Shown here: positions 23,281 through 36,829 of the stretch, piece after piece | Layout of the letters: every line of letters begins with the position of its first letter | How positions within the stretch are numbered: position 1 is the stretch's first letter | NCBI RefSeq assembly: GCF_018350175.1 | Contig: NC_058368.1 | Coordinates: 112,966,001 to 113,030,000 of the forward strand | Length of the DNA: 64,000 nucleotides | Direction: 5' to 3' | Origin: Felis catus | Taxonomy: Eukaryota | Position numbers and translations under genes: made by a program | The notes under the pieces: generated by a model | Told to the model about the DNA's origin: nothing | The model's database searches: none | The model's input: only the letters and a program-made list of their open reading frames with translations

Positions 23281-23735
23281 CCCAAGAAGTCTCAGTGCTC
23301 AACGCAGGAGCCCAATGCGGGGCTCAATTCCATGACCCCTGAGATCATGACTCGAACTGAAATCAAGAGTCAGACGTTTAACCGACTGAGCCTCCCAGGG
23401 ACCCCATACGGTGTTATTGACTGTATCCCCTATGTTGTACTTTTCATCTCCATGACTTATTTATTTTATAAGTGGAAGCTTGTACCTCTTAATCTTCTTC
23501 CTCTATCTCACCTGTCCTCCCATCCACCTTCTGTCTAACCACCAGTTTGTTTCGGTATTTGAGATTCTGGTTTTTTTCTCTTGTTTTTTACATTCTATGA
23601 ATAAGTGAAATCATATGGTGTTTGTCTTTCTGTGACTTATTTCATGTAGCTTAATACACTCTAGGTCCATCTATGATGAGAAGAATGGCAAGACCTCATT
23701 CTTTTTTTATGGCTGAGTCATATTCCGTTGTATGT
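23020..23735 (-). mobile_element. Carnivore L1 3' end, split by a SINE
   Basis: ttgaagtataattaacatacaatgttatattagtttca...gtgaaatcatatgg...atggctgagtcatattcc. Confidence 0.8.
23167..23405 (-). mobile_element. Can-SINE with (GA)n expansion
   Basis: Antisense SINE body. Confidence 0.9.
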
Positions 23736-23749
23736 TACAAATTGATTTT

Positions 23750-23935
23750 GGGGGTGCCCAGGTGGCTCGGTTGGTTAAGCATCCGACTTTGGCTCAAGTC
23801 GTGATCTCACACACAGTTTATGAGTTGGAGCCCCGCGTTGGACTCTGTGCTGACAGCTCAGAGCCTGGAGCCTGCATCGGATTCTGTGTCTGCCTCTCTT
23901 TCTGCCCCTCCCCCACTCATGCGTGCGTGTGCGCG

Positions 23936-23966
<31 letters not shown>

Positions 23967-23987
23967 AAAAATAAACTTAAAAAAAAA
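23750..23987 (+). mobile_element. Can-SINE
   Basis: Full head, CT tract and tail. Confidence 0.92.
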
Positions 23988-24016
23988 TCCAACATTTATT
24001 AAATGTCCACTCTACA

Positions 24017-24178
24017 GGAGTGTCTGGGTGGCTCAGTCAATTGTCTGACTTCAGCTCGGGTCACGATTTCACAGTTCATGAGTCCAAACCCTGCATCAGG
24101 CTCTGTGCTGACAGCTCAGAGGCTGGAGCCTGCTTCAAATTCTGTGTCTCCCTCTATCTCTGCCTCTCCCTCCCTCTT

Positions 24179-24217
<39 letters not shown>

Positions 24218-24244
24218 AATAAACATTAAAAAATTGTTAAAAAA
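24017..24244 (+). mobile_element. Can-SINE
   Basis: Degenerate head, CT tract and tail; 29 bp after the previous SINE. Confidence 0.9.
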
Positions 24245-24468
24245 GCTGATTTTTGATGATTTGGGGGAAAGCACAGTATACATTGTGAAAATAAAAACAC
24301 AACTTATACATTTTATTCACATTATAATACCTTGAAATATAACTTTAATTCTGTTAAATATACAATACACTATTCCACAGGCGGCTTTGGATGGCAGACT
24401 CCCAAGTGAGTCTGCTTTCCCCTATGTTTTCTTTTCTATTTTCTCTGAGTTTCCATTAGTGAGCATGA

Positions 24469-24500
<32 letters not shown>
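24469..24500. repeat. (CA)n microsatellite
   Basis: Direct observation. Confidence 0.95.
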
Positions 24501-24502
<2 letters not shown>

Positions 24503-25302
24503 TCACTGATAAATTCATATCAGAAGGTACTTTAGACCCTTAGAGTTAGAGCTTTGCTTATTACTTAAACTCTAAGGAGAATAATTGAGGCTTCAGTGAA
24601 TATAAGTTTTTATATTAATTTAATTTTCTCTCCAAATTCATGCTTGAATGCTTATGCAATTATTGAACCAAAATCTGTAATAATTTCACCAATTATTTGG
24701 AAATCATGTCAAGTGGGAATACAAAGGCACACAACTAAAATGGGCAAGAGGGTCTGAGGTCAGATGTTACTGTATTTTCGCAAGATATTCCAAGGGTGTG
24801 CACTAATCAGCCTTTGTCTTTTTCTAAAGCATTGCTTATGCTACTCTGAGACCGTGGCCTAATTGGATCAATTTCTCTTTGAGGGTGTAATTCACTCTGG
24901 GTTCTGGATTGCTGTTACATTTCTCACATTGCCACTAAACTGTATAACGATGAGAGGCAGATTCTGTATGTACACCACACCCCGGGGCACTCAGTGCGAG
25001 GTGTCTCAGGGAATGATTCTGCAGAGGACGTTTCTTACATAGCATTCTGGTGGGCAGCGCCCCCCTGGAGTAGCAGGGGCCCCAATTTTACACAGATTCC
25101 TCCTGTGCTTGACTCCTCACTTCTCTCCTCCTATCGTGCTTCGTTATTCAGCTGGGTTGAGTGGTTTATCCTAGCCGGAATATAAGAATGAAATAAGGGT
25201 CAATTGAAATATAGGAAGAAGAAAAGGTGGCCAAGAATGTAGGGAAGTTTCAGAGAGCTTACCCAAATCAGATTCTCTGATCCTCAAAACTAGAAGTGTT
25301 TT

Positions 25303-25620
25303 ATTTATTTTTAAAAAATTTTTACATAGGGGCGCCTGGGTGGCGCAGTCGGTTAAGCGTCCGACTTCAGCCAGGTCACGATCTCGCGGTCCCTGAGTTC
25401 GAGCCCCACATTGGGCTCTGGGCTGATGGCTCAGAGCCTGGAGCCTGTTTCCGATTCTGTGTCTCCCTCTCTCTCTGCCCTTCCCCCGTTCATGCTCTGT
25501 CTCTCTCTGTCCCAAAAATAAATAAACGTTGAAAAAAAAAATTTTTACATATAATTTATTGTCAAATTGGCTTCCATACAACACCCAGTGCTCATCCCAA
25601 CAAGTGCCCTCCTCAATGAT
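25303..25620 (-). mobile_element. Very short 5'-truncated felid/carnivore L1 3' end with a SINE inserted in its tail
   Basis: tttattgtcaaattggcttccatacaacacccagtgctcatcccaacaagtgccctcctcaatg; TSD agaagtgtttt at 25292 and 25622. Confidence 0.8.
25329..25541 (+). mobile_element. SINEC_Fc (young)
   Basis: TSD aaaaaatttttacata. Confidence 0.95.
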
Positions 25621-25914
25621 AAGAAGTGTTTTCAATCTCACTTCCTGAATGGGCATCTACTGACTCTACAATTATGGAAAATGGTGATCAAATCAATACT
25701 GTATATTACTGATACTATATTGTGATGTGCCAGGTCTGAATGGGAACAGGGGTTTAAAGCAAGGTCATTAGTCTAATTGGCTGAATTGTTTAAGTGGTGG
25801 CCCTTTATGATGAGAATACCTATGAAGATTTAACAGAACTAAACCCCACTGCTTCCCTCCCCTACAAAAAAAAAAAAAAAGAAAAAAAAGAAAGGATAAA
25901 GTAATTTTTTTTGA

Positions 25915-26240
25915 GTGTATTAGGATGACTAGTCTCATCTATGTTGCAGTAAAATAGATACCCCAAGTTTTGGGCTTACAACAACAAAATTTTGTCCCTC
26001 ACTTACATCAGTCTGATGTACATCAGGGATGTTTCTCCAAGCCGTGACTCAGGGGTTCAGGCTTCTTCTGTTCTACTCTCTTAGAATCTTTTGTTTCTGA
26101 CTCTTTGGATAGATAACAGAGAGAGGGAGCAAGAAGACAGTGCTCCCATTCTTAATGACCTAGGGCTAGAAGGGACAGATCCCTTAAATACAAGAAATAC
26201 TCACATGAAACCCCTCCCCCCACAAAAAAGATGCTTAGTA
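25915..26240. mobile_element. MLT1 (MaLR) LTR fragment
   Basis: tgtattaggatgactag...tatgttgcagtaa...ggcttacaacaac...gtgactcaggggttcaggct. Confidence 0.55.
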
Positions 26241-26859
26241 ACCAGATATTTGGAGAGGATTACCAACCTGTGCCACAAGCAGTAAGTGAATTGTTGCATC
26301 CTACTTGAAGAGTTTATTCCCATGAGAGATCTCAGGTACCTGATGTGGCACCTTGGTGCCTTGTCACCTGTGTGAGTGCCCCAAGGAGAAAGAATATGTC
26401 TACAGCCAGTGAGTTCCTGACATCAAACTTAACTAACCTTTCTTTTCTTTGATTCTTTTTTTTTCTTTTATTTGCTTAGTGTTTTGAATGTTTGTCATTA
26501 AGCCAACCACAAATTATCACTTGCCAAAAACGTCCTCTTACAAAGTTTGTTCACGTCAGAAACTCTGCTGTCCTTTCAACCGCAGCCCTATTTGGTCACA
26601 TTTTCTTTGAACTAACGACACATGCATTCATACATTATTCCAAGACAGGCATGTATCCTGGTGGCTGCTGTTGGCTTGAGAATTGAGACATCTGCTTCTG
26701 GACTTCTAGTCACCTGTTCCTTTCTCCCATGATGACTGAACTCTTCTAACTGCAAACCCTCCTTGACATTCGTTTCTTAAGACACATCTTGAATGAATGT
26801 GCATGTAAAGGCACACAGCTTCTCTTCCTTTATGAAGCCTTCGTGGAGTCTATCAGCTA

Positions 26860-27140
26860 CGCATTCATTCGTTTAACAGGTTTTTATTGAGCATCTTAAG
26901 CGATAAGCAATGTCTTAGTCCCTGAAGAATGAGCATCAAACAAAATAAATAAATTTTCTCATCTCGTGGAGTTTATCTTCCATTTGAAGGATATGGTAAC
27001 AAAGAAAAAAGTTTTTTAATTGCCAATTGTGCTAACAGCGCTGAGGCAAATAAATCAGGGTATTGTAAGAAAGGGAGGTGGACTGCTTTCATTTGGGCAT
27101 GACCTTTTAGAGAAAGTAATGTGTGGGCCGACACTTGAAA
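26860..27140. mobile_element. L2 fragment
   Basis: cattcattcgtttaacaggtttttattgagcatct...ctcgtggagtttat. Confidence 0.6.
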
Positions 27141-27399
27141 ACTTGAACATGTGGTCTTTCCTTCTTCTGGGGTCCCACGGCAATGTGTTTCTATTACTTA
27201 TAAAACAGTTCTCACGATCTTCATGAGAAGAAGATTTTGCCTCCACCTCCTGTTCTATTCTGTGAGACCGTGAGTTTTGGGGGTACAAGAATTGTGTTTT
27301 ATTTGTCCCTTATGCTGAAATGACTTTAAATTTTACCTTTACTTTAATTAAATAGTTAATGCCTAACATGTCAATAAATGGAAGCTCTCAGCTTAGTGA

Positions 27400-27437
27400 A
27401 CACACACACACACACACACACACAGCCACACACACAA
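27400..27437. repeat. (CA)n microsatellite
   Basis: Direct observation. Confidence 0.9.
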
Positions 27438-27889
27438 TAAGTGTATTCAAACATGACTGTTGGATTGAAGACAGTTGTGTTGACTAGACATCATCACAGG
27501 TAATTCACAGTGTTAAAGCTGGTTTTAGTGCATATCTAGCTTGACAGTGAGTCAGTTTCTTTGTGGTGTCTCTCAAGTCAGACAGCCTATTGAGAGCCAT
27601 CTCTACTTGTTTCATGCCACTCTGAACACACAGCTAACCCAAAGGATTTTCATAGCATGCAAGCACATTTACTCTTGTAATTGACTGGCTAAGGCTCATG
27701 CTTAGAGAAGTAGGATAAACTGTATTCTCCTGCAGACCATGACATCTTGTCAAAGACTGAATTTGGAGCAGGCTGGACTTCTCTGGCTATTCATCAGTAT
27801 AGTCCTGGTCAGTTTCTGGGGTACTGAGTAGAAAAGGCCATGTTGGATTTCATACCCTCACCGTTAACATAAATTGTATAATCCTATTA

Positions 27890-28110
27890 TTATTGTTATT
27901 CTTGTTGTCATTTTGTGCCTGAACAAAGCCCTCGGTAGGTGTTACTTCATTTAGTCCTCCCATCAGCTTTCTGAGGTCGATTCTATTATTACCTTCATTT
28001 TCCATATGGAGAGCTGAGGCTTCAGGAAGTGAAGAAACTTGTCAAGGTTCCAGAGCTGGCAAGGGGTAGATTCCAGAGCTCATGTATGACGTCACGACTC
28101 TAAGGCATTG
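27890..28110 (-). mobile_element. MIR fragment
   Basis: catttagtcctcccatcagc...cattttccatatggagagctgaggct. Confidence 0.65.
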
Positions 28111-30004
28111 TTCTATTCATTTGGCGTTGCTTCTCCTGTCCAGGGGAGAGAACATTTCCCAGGACTTTCTTCCCAGTACGGTTCCCAGTTAGAGTCAGAA
28201 GAGGACCTTGTGTGAGACTTGGGAGGCGGAAGTGATGCTGAGGCTCACCTCGCACTGGTGGAGCAGGGACGATCACAAACGGTGCCGTGTGTGTGGTGCC
28301 CCTCAGCCCCTGGGCTCCTGCTGTTGCTCATATCTGCCCACCACCCAGCGCTTGCCTGCAGGTGATGGATTTCCAAGGGGTGACTGATTCCACAGAGGCC
28401 AGAGTTTCCCAGCCTCTCCAAGAACTCCACCTTTGTGGTCCCATGTTAACAGCCAGGTGCACACAGCCTCTCCTGTTCCCCAGGAGCTCTGACTTATCCT
28501 CCCCTCACCAGTACATCGGATGGATGTCGCTAGTGACTCCTCTGATTCTGTAGAGCCCACTGTAAGATTTTCACTTTTCCATTCCCCATTCATATAAACA
28601 ACACTTCTTCTATTAAATACTCTATTCTCATAATACTCTTAGAAGCGCTGTTGGCATTAACTTGCACACACATGAAATGGAAATGATAAAACAGTAAATG
28701 ATAATAAGACCATGGGTCCCTTCTTATTATGTCCCAGCCTCATGCTGAGGGCTCTGTATGCACTACCCGGTGATTATGCAGATTCGCTCTTATGTGACGC
28801 CATTTTGGAGTTACCGTGGCCATCCTTTTAGCCAAGAGGAGGGCTGGTTTTGCAAAAAGTAATTTATGACTAAAAACACCAGCAAGGTGACTTTACCAAA
28901 CACATAGAACTTTGGTGCTGTGCCCTGTGTAATTGACCTCCCTGGAACTTTAGTCCTTCTGAAGGATTATTTTCCTAAGTCCTTAGTGACTTAACACGCA
29001 TGGTGATGCGTACCCCTCATTTGCTGGAACTGAAAGGCACTAATCAGAACTCTTGTGAGATGACTCACCAGGGGTGTTCTTGCCAAAGAAGGATCTGGTG
29101 CTTTATGTAGCCCCTGTGTCAAGATGGGTGGAAACTTCAAATTTCACTTTGCATCTTAATAAATCTCTCTTACCTTCAATAGTGACTTTCTAGCTCCAGT
29201 TCCACAAACTGTGTATTTTTATGCAAAGAGTTAGCTTTGCAAAGGATAAGCATTGTCCTTTTTTCCTGAAGATGTCCACAAATGTTTCATTCAAGGGTAA
29301 TGAAGCTGTTGGTGCCACCATCATCAATTAGTTGTGACTGAATTCGTGGCCACGCCAGGCCGTGTCCTTCTCATACCTACTCCTCACAGCCTGCTCCCAT
29401 CTCTCTCAAGAAGTCTCTGTGTATGTTTGGGGTTGTACATCACCACACATCCAGAGGCAGGAAGCTATATGCAACTCATTTTTATTTGATCACTCTTAAT
29501 TAGTCCCATTGTGTGAACCCACAGGCCTTCAAAGCCTTGTCTGCACAAAACTGTCAATTCCCAGTAATTGGATGCCGTACCTCCCTATGCCTTCTTTTTG
29601 AGAAATTAGAACACCTAGTGTTCATTGCCTCGTAGGCTAGAGGAATGTGAGACCCAGGCCCAGGATATTTAGAAAGAAGTGCATGTGGTTATGGGCATAA
29701 GAGGGACTCATGACTGAACATGGGCACCCCATAACCTCTCCTGAGGCAATAGCATAATGAAGTCTCTCCTGTTTTGCCACATGAATCCTCGACACTATTC
29801 CTTGATCACTATCAGCCAATAGGTCCAACGACTAGCTCTCTACCTCACACAAAGAAAAAACACAATAAATGGTAGATGAATGAATGGCAGATGAAAAAAG
29901 TTGATGAGAATCCATATGTAAGAGGATATTGTTTCCCTTTAAGAAAAAGGGAAATAATAATTTAGATCACAACATAAAAATAGGTAGAGTTTCAAGGAAT
30001 GCCT

Positions 30005-30247
30005 ATTTATTTATTTATTTTTTTAAATTTTTTTTTCAACGTTTTTATTTGTTTTTTTGGGGGGGACAGAGAGAGACAGAGCATGAACGGGGGAGGAGCA
30101 GAGAGAGAGGGAGACACAGAATCAGAAACAGGCTCCAGGCTCCGAGCCATCAGCCCAGAGCCTGACGCGGGGCTCGAACTCACGGACCGCGAGATCGTGA
30201 CCTGGCTGAAGTCGGACGCTTAACCGACTGTGCCACCCAGGTGCCCC
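30005..30247 (-). mobile_element. SINEC_Fc (young)
   Basis: Near-consensus; TSD ggaa(t)gcctatttatt. Confidence 0.95.
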
Positions 30248-32699
30248 GTGGAAGCCTATTTATTAATTGTGTCTTCAGGGTAAGCTTTTTACCCACTTCT
30301 ACCTAGTGAAAATACAGCATTCAAGACTTTCTTCATCTAGAGAGATAGACAGATGGGTGGCTCGAGTCCCCAACTCAGTCACTTGTCTGACTTTCTCATA
30401 CAGTCAACATAGTACTTGCAAGATAGACAGGTTTTCAGGTACAGGGGTCAGCGTGACAAGCGCATCATGACTTTACCCAGACCTCCGTGTGACCGGAGGT
30501 GCATGTTTATAGAACACCTCCCCGAGACTAGATGTGCAATATGTAGTCGTCAGATCCACTGGGTCAGCTGAAGAACCAGGATCTGGCCTCACTGTCCCAA
30601 CCTTGTAACCAAGTAAGCTCCCGTGGCACACCGGTTCCATCTTCCTTCGTTCAGCCTCGCCCACAAGCACATATGGTGGCAGTAACAAATGGCAATGGCA
30701 GCCATTGCCATCATTGCAGTGATGACGGTGAGCACTGACAAAGTGCTCATTTGTGCCAAGGCCCCCCTTCTGAAACGTAATCTTCGTGCAGTAACAGTTG
30801 TCATTCTCGTTTTATAGATTTCAAAAACTGGGACTCAGATTAAACGTCTTGCTCAGGTTCATTAGAGCTTAATTTGCCTACTTGTTTGATCCTTTGCATT
30901 CTGAGCAGAGCACGTTTATTTTCTTCTATTCTGACTAATTGAAAATCAATTCTTTCTACCGAAGCCTTGCAAAATACCTTTTTGTTGTTGTTGTTATCTC
31001 TTTCAAAATCCATAAGAGAAATGAATCGAAGTTTGTTAAATTCGTTTCCAGTTTTTCTCCGTGTGATTCAGATGGCTTCCCTGGGCCATGTTGATCAGCA
31101 GCATAGTGGAGCAAAGATGTTTTTAAAGCCACAAAGATTAACACGGCAGTATTTATAACACTGGCCACAGAAACATACATACCTTAGAGTGTTTAAAGTA
31201 CTCTTCATGTTTCTAAGAAGTAAATTATCTGAAAAGCTTCATTAAGAAGAAAACAAAGTGTATAAAATTAAAGCGATCTTTGGAATGACACATAAGGATT
31301 TTGTGACAAGCTGTGGGCTATGTCAGGACAGGGTCATTTCTGGTTCTTTTATAAATGGTGCTGTTTGGGAATTCTTCCCAGGGTTGTTAGAGATGGATAA
31401 AGAGCATCAGTTCTCAGCCTGCATCTCTTTGCCAGCCCTCTGATCAGCTGGCTCCATTTGCTGCTCCCAGTAGAAAATGGATTTCAGCAGGAGCTGGAAA
31501 ATTCTGTTATGCCATCCTTACATGCCTTTCATCTTTGGCTGATCGTGGGATGGGGACAAAAATGCCAGACTTTAGAGGCCTGAGGTAGTAGTGTAAAAAG
31601 ACAAGGCAAAGAAAAGGAGTGCATAGCTTGTGGCAATGCAGATCCAAAGGGGTTTTTCGAGACTGGGGGTCCCCCCAGAATTTGGCCAGCAGTTTGATCC
31701 CCAGTCCAACCCCCACCTCCACTCCCTCACCCCACCCAGACTTGTGGGTTATTCAGAGAAGTAGTAGGATGCAGGGCCTTCTTGGCTCTCGACTGGCTGT
31801 TCCGGTACAAGCACAACACAACTGAACCTTAGGAAAGAGAACAATTCTACAGGCACATGCTGGCCACTGGGAAGGCTACTTCTTGTATTGTTTCTGAGCA
31901 GGTCCTGGGGCAGGACTGAGTTTTGTGAATGCCAAAGGGTCCAGCCCTAGGAATGATTAGCATTCTGGTCTTCCCTTTTAGCCTTCCCAAGCTATTTCTA
32001 GGTAGGCTGTGCTTCCCTTCTCCCTCCTGGTGACATGCATTGGCTTTGTAGGCTGCCCACCCGGATCCCTGTTTGCCCCCTGCCTGTTTTAATGACACCA
32101 CCCTGCTGCAAGCAAAGCCTCCTCGGGTCTCAGGGTTCCACCCACCAGAGTCCTGGACAATTTGAGTGACTCTTCTCGGTTTCTTCTGTTTCTCCTAAGT
32201 CGTCACAGAGATGTTTCATTGTGCCCTCTTTATCAGATTTATTTCACGGTGCTGTCTTTATTTCAACTGGATTTTGTGAGTTAAGCTTTGTATTTAGGAA
32301 GCAAATGGTTTTCATGCTAATTTCTCCCCTAAGGCTCTTTAGGCAGTGTATAAACCAATATTTGCTTTGCTGCGGGGTACAAGAATAATGATATTTATGC
32401 AAAACACATGAGCTTCATCGAGCTGTTTTCTTATTTCCGAGATGTATGTTCTTAGAAACATACCTAAAGAATTTTGAGCAAACATACTCCTTTTTTTCTC
32501 AGCTCATTAGATATCTCTCAGATTATCTATAATACTCAGTTGACTTTCAGTCAGACAGAAGCAACAGAGGAAGCCGGTGTGCTTTGGGACCTTCATGGAG
32601 TTGAAGGGCTTATGAGGTCATTGCCCTGAGGGTTCCTGGTGCAGTGCCAGCAGACGTGTGGGTGGGAGGCTGTGTTCCAGAGAGGTGATGTCTAAAGGT

Positions 32700-32930
32700 G
32701 TAGAGCTGCACAGAGCTGGGTTTCCTTTCTTTGTCTGGTATTGACTGGCTTTGTGACCTGGGCAGGCCTCCTAATCTCTGTCAAGCTTGGGGTTTTCAAC
32801 AATAAGGGGATTGATTTTACCTAGGTCAAAGGGTTCGTGAAAGGATTTTATGAATTTATACCAAAAGGTACTTAGCCCTGAGCTCAGGGTATATTCAGCA
32901 TTCATTACAAGGTAGCTTTCGTTAATACAA
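32700..32930 (+). mobile_element. MIR fragment
   Basis: gctgggttt...ctttgtgacctgggcaggcc...aaggattttatga. Confidence 0.5.
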
Positions 32931-33169
32931 AGGACTTTAGTGAGGGGGTTGGCCAGTCTCGTAGACTATTATTGAGAGTGACTGACATCGACTTGTGTGA
33001 ACCCGTATTTGGATTTACAAATGCAGGAAATTAAATATCAGCTTTTCACATGGCATTGACTGGTTCACTGAAGTCACAGCACAATTGGTTTTTTTAACAC
33101 AGAAAACTGTGTCCACAAAATAATATTTTTGGCCATCTTTCCTTAGCCAATTCTTAAATCGCTTTTAAC

Positions 33170-33246
33170 ACCACCAGATAGAGAATACCATAGGTGATAT
33201 TCTGATATCTGTTCTTCCAGTCTGTTTCCCCCACACCCATCCTCTG

Positions 33247-33293
<47 letters not shown>

Positions 33294-33830
33294 TATTACA
33301 TAAAATCAAATGGGATAATAAAATGCATAACATTTTATAGCCTTTTTTTCACTGAATGGAATATTGTGAATATTTTCCATATCAGTAAAGATTATTCTAC
33401 CTTATTAAAACTATTTGGTGTCAAAATCGACTTCATCAATTGTTTGAAATTTACTTCCACTTTTTAAATGACCTGGACGACACTTTGATAAAGATCTTGA
33501 AACATTTATATGCGTGCGTGATCGCTATTATGTTCTGACAAAAACTTGTAGATGCAGAAATTTGAGACCATAGAATACGCACATTTTTTAGGGCTTTTGT
33601 TGCATCTTGCCAAATTTCCCATCAGAAATTCTAGACCAATTTATATCCTGCCAGGTGAATTCCAGTTTCCCCTCACCATTGCCAACTGAGGTGCAGTCAT
33701 TTAAAAATGCTTGCCAATTCGAAAGGTGAGATTGGTGCCTCAATCCTATTTTGATTTATGTGCCTTTGAACATTTTCACACATTTATTGGCTTTTCCTCT
33801 TTAGTGAACTGCCTTTTCTAAACCTTTCCT
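33170..33830 (-). mobile_element. Old L1ME-like fragment with internal (CA)n (33248-33290)
   Basis: aaatgggataata...ttgccaaatttccc...accaatttatatcc...catttattggc. Confidence 0.65.
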
Positions 33831-34183
33831 TTATTCAAAAATCAATGGGTTGTGGAATGACGATAGGAACACTATTCCTCTTAAAATATTGCGTTGGCTT
33901 TTCAGGAGTGAAAGTAAACGAAATGTGACAGCAGTGGTAGACAACTGCTTCTCCACAGCAGAAGTTATGCCCCAGACAACACATTGGGCCCTGGAGAGGC
34001 CACGTGTGCTGTGGAGAGCTGATCCTGGAGACAAGGGGGCCTGCCGGCAGTAACTAGTGGTGATAATTAAGGATTTAGACCCTAAATAGCGGTCATGAGA
34101 CAATGCACAAAAACCCTTCCATCCTAAAATACAAAGGTTTATTATTGCCCACCAATGAATATTACCTGTACCACTGAACAGAA

Positions 34184-34199
34184 TTTTTTTTAAATGTTT

Positions 34200-34249
<50 letters not shown>

Positions 34250-34406
34250 CAGCTGGGGAGGGGCAGAGAGACTGGGGGACAGAGGATGTGAAGCGGGCTC
34301 TGAGCTGACAGCAGAGGGCCCAAGGCAGCGACTGAAGTCACAAACTTCGACATCATGACCTGAGCCGAAGTCAGATGCTTAACCGACTGAGCCACCCAGG
34401 TACCCC
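34184..34406 (-). mobile_element. Can-SINE with (GA)n expansion
   Basis: Antisense SINE body. Confidence 0.92.
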
Positions 34407-34499
34407 TTGAATTTTTCTTGGAATCTGGAAAAGCATTTATATAAGTCGTACTCATACAACCTTAATAGTCACATAAAGCAACTTGGAAGTTGAGGGGTA

Positions 34500-34509
34500 T
34501 ATAAAAATG

Positions 34510-34555
<46 letters not shown>

Positions 34556-34628
34556 CATAATATATGAGAGGATATCAATATTATATATTGATATAAATAT
34601 ATCATATATATCATATATATATATATAT
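34500..34628. repeat. (TA)n / AT-rich low-complexity tract
   Basis: Long (TA)n runs. Confidence 0.9.
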
Positions 34629-36216
34629 GAAGGTCAGTCTTACATCATTTCTGTTTCTGTCTTATAGTAGGTATTTAACAAAATCCTTTGCATGAATGGT
34701 GGCCATGGTGACTTCCATGCCTAAGCTGACCATAGACTTAACATTCCAAAGGGAAACCTCAGAAGGAAACCTCTGCCATCAGGTAATGTACCCAGGAGAG
34801 CGGATGGCTCTCACCCATGTACAGACCTCATTAGGCTTATGCATTCACTCCTCCTGGACCCAAGCAATTTAAAGTGAGAAATCCTGGTGTGTGTCTGTGT
34901 GAATGTGTTTTTGTGTTTACAGAAGCACATGGGAAAATCCATGATTAGAGGACAATAGTCCCATAACTTTAGGAATCAAGGGTCAAGGGCTGCAAACCTG
35001 GATGCTTAAAAGGAGAAGACTGTCCCATAGAATGTGACAGATGCAGCTGCAATCTAATTTGCTTCTCTAAGACCCAATGCCCACTGAGACACTGGTGTGC
35101 TTCCCCCAACAGAGCAGGTCCAGTGCTCTTACCCAAACACACACCCCCACACCCTCCCTAAAGCTCTTTTACTGCCAACTCTCCTGCGCACTTTGCTGGG
35201 AGACGTAGAGGACTCTGATATTGTGCCTTCTCTGGCTCTGCCCTTCAGCCACGCCTAGTGATGCTTACACCCCTTTCCCCCAAATTTAAGGAGCAACACA
35301 GTAGGGAAGAGGGCAGCTTGTACTTCAGAGCCTAACAGACAACGATACACGCTGGCTTCTGCGGCTCCCTAGCCCCGTGACCTTTAAAAGTAACCTTAAA
35401 AAACGTTTAAAAAAAGTTACCAGTTTCTTTTTCAGTGAAAAGAGCATTAAAAATAGCATCAACTTCCCAAGGTAGTCATGTGGATTAAATGTGATAAAAT
35501 GTGCAAGGAATTTAGCAAGGCAGCCCAGAGTAAGTATGCTGTAATTTAAGCTCTCATTATTCTGGTTGTTATGGAGCTCTTCCAAATAGCTTCCGCAGTT
35601 AAGAGGAATACTGGTCCCCGAACTCGCTGGAAAGGAGGGGGAAAGAAGGGTGGGGATTTGTACCATGTAACGATGAAACAAAATTGCTACACATCTATAT
35701 AGTTTCTTTCCCCGCAGTGCTTTCTGCTGCTACCCGCTGCTTCTCTGGGCAAACGTAAGCACCTATTTAAACCTCTACTTAAAAATAATGCAAAGCCACT
35801 TTCCCATTGCATTTTAAGAGCTGAATGAGGGCTGGACATTCGCAGAGGTAACGATGGTGCCCCCAGGCTCAGAGGAGCCCAGGTCTTCTGGTTCTTGCAC
35901 AGGACGCGCTCTGCTTGAACTTCTGTCCCTCCGCAGGCTCCTGGTGCCAGGAACCAGGCGCACAGCTGCGCCAGTCTCTTCTTTCTTGATGCAAACATCC
36001 CAGACTAACGCACGTGTCATACTTGTCAGAGCCTTCATCTTGCCTGTGAAAGGGAAGAAAAAATATAAAACGAGATTGAATATTATTCCTTTTTAATGTT
36101 TCCTCCATTTTAATTACAAAATAACTTTAATATTAAAAATGTTGCAAAATACCCCCCAAACCGAGGGGAAAATTAATAATTTGCAGCCATCACATCAGTA
36201 TTAAGATATTGGTATA

Positions 36217-36417
36217 GAGGTGCCTGGGTGGCTCAGTTGGTTAAGCATTGACTCTTGATTTCAGCTCAGGTCATGATCTCACAGCTTCTGGGTTTGAGCC
36301 TTGCATGGAGCTCTGCACTGACAGTGTGGAACCTGCTTGAGATTCTCTCTCTCTCTCTCTCTCTCTCTCTGCCCCTCCTCTCCTCTCTCTCTCTGAATAA
36401 ATAAATAAACATTTAAA
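36217..36417 (+). mobile_element. Can-SINE
   Basis: Perfect TSD aagatattggtata. Confidence 0.93.
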
Positions 36418-36829
36418 AAGATATTGGTATATATCTTCCCAGACTTTTACTTATATTTTTAAAGGATAGGATAATATTTTAAACATTGTTCCTACCCACT
36501 TGATAGAACATGAATATATGTCCACATAAAAAACTTGTATATAAAACAATGTTGATGGCTCCATATTATTCTACCCTGTAATGATAGCCTGAGTTCTTTA
36601 ACCAACTACTTATTTTTGTGCATGTGGCTTATTTCTTATTTTTAAAAATAATTTAGTGAGAAGTCTTTTATGAGCCATCCAACTAGATTTGTGGATTAGT
36701 AGGTATATGTAGTCCAAAAGCTTCTGAAAAGCTTGACCAAGGAAGTTTGCATCCACTGATACTCCGCTAGCAATGATACAAGATTTAATTCGGACTCCGC
36801 GTGTAAATCTTAGCTAATCGAAACCCACA

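Noticed and set aside
25051..25072. CTCF-like motif (gcagcgccccccctggag region)
   Set aside because: G-run spacing breaks the core consensus, giving several mismatches
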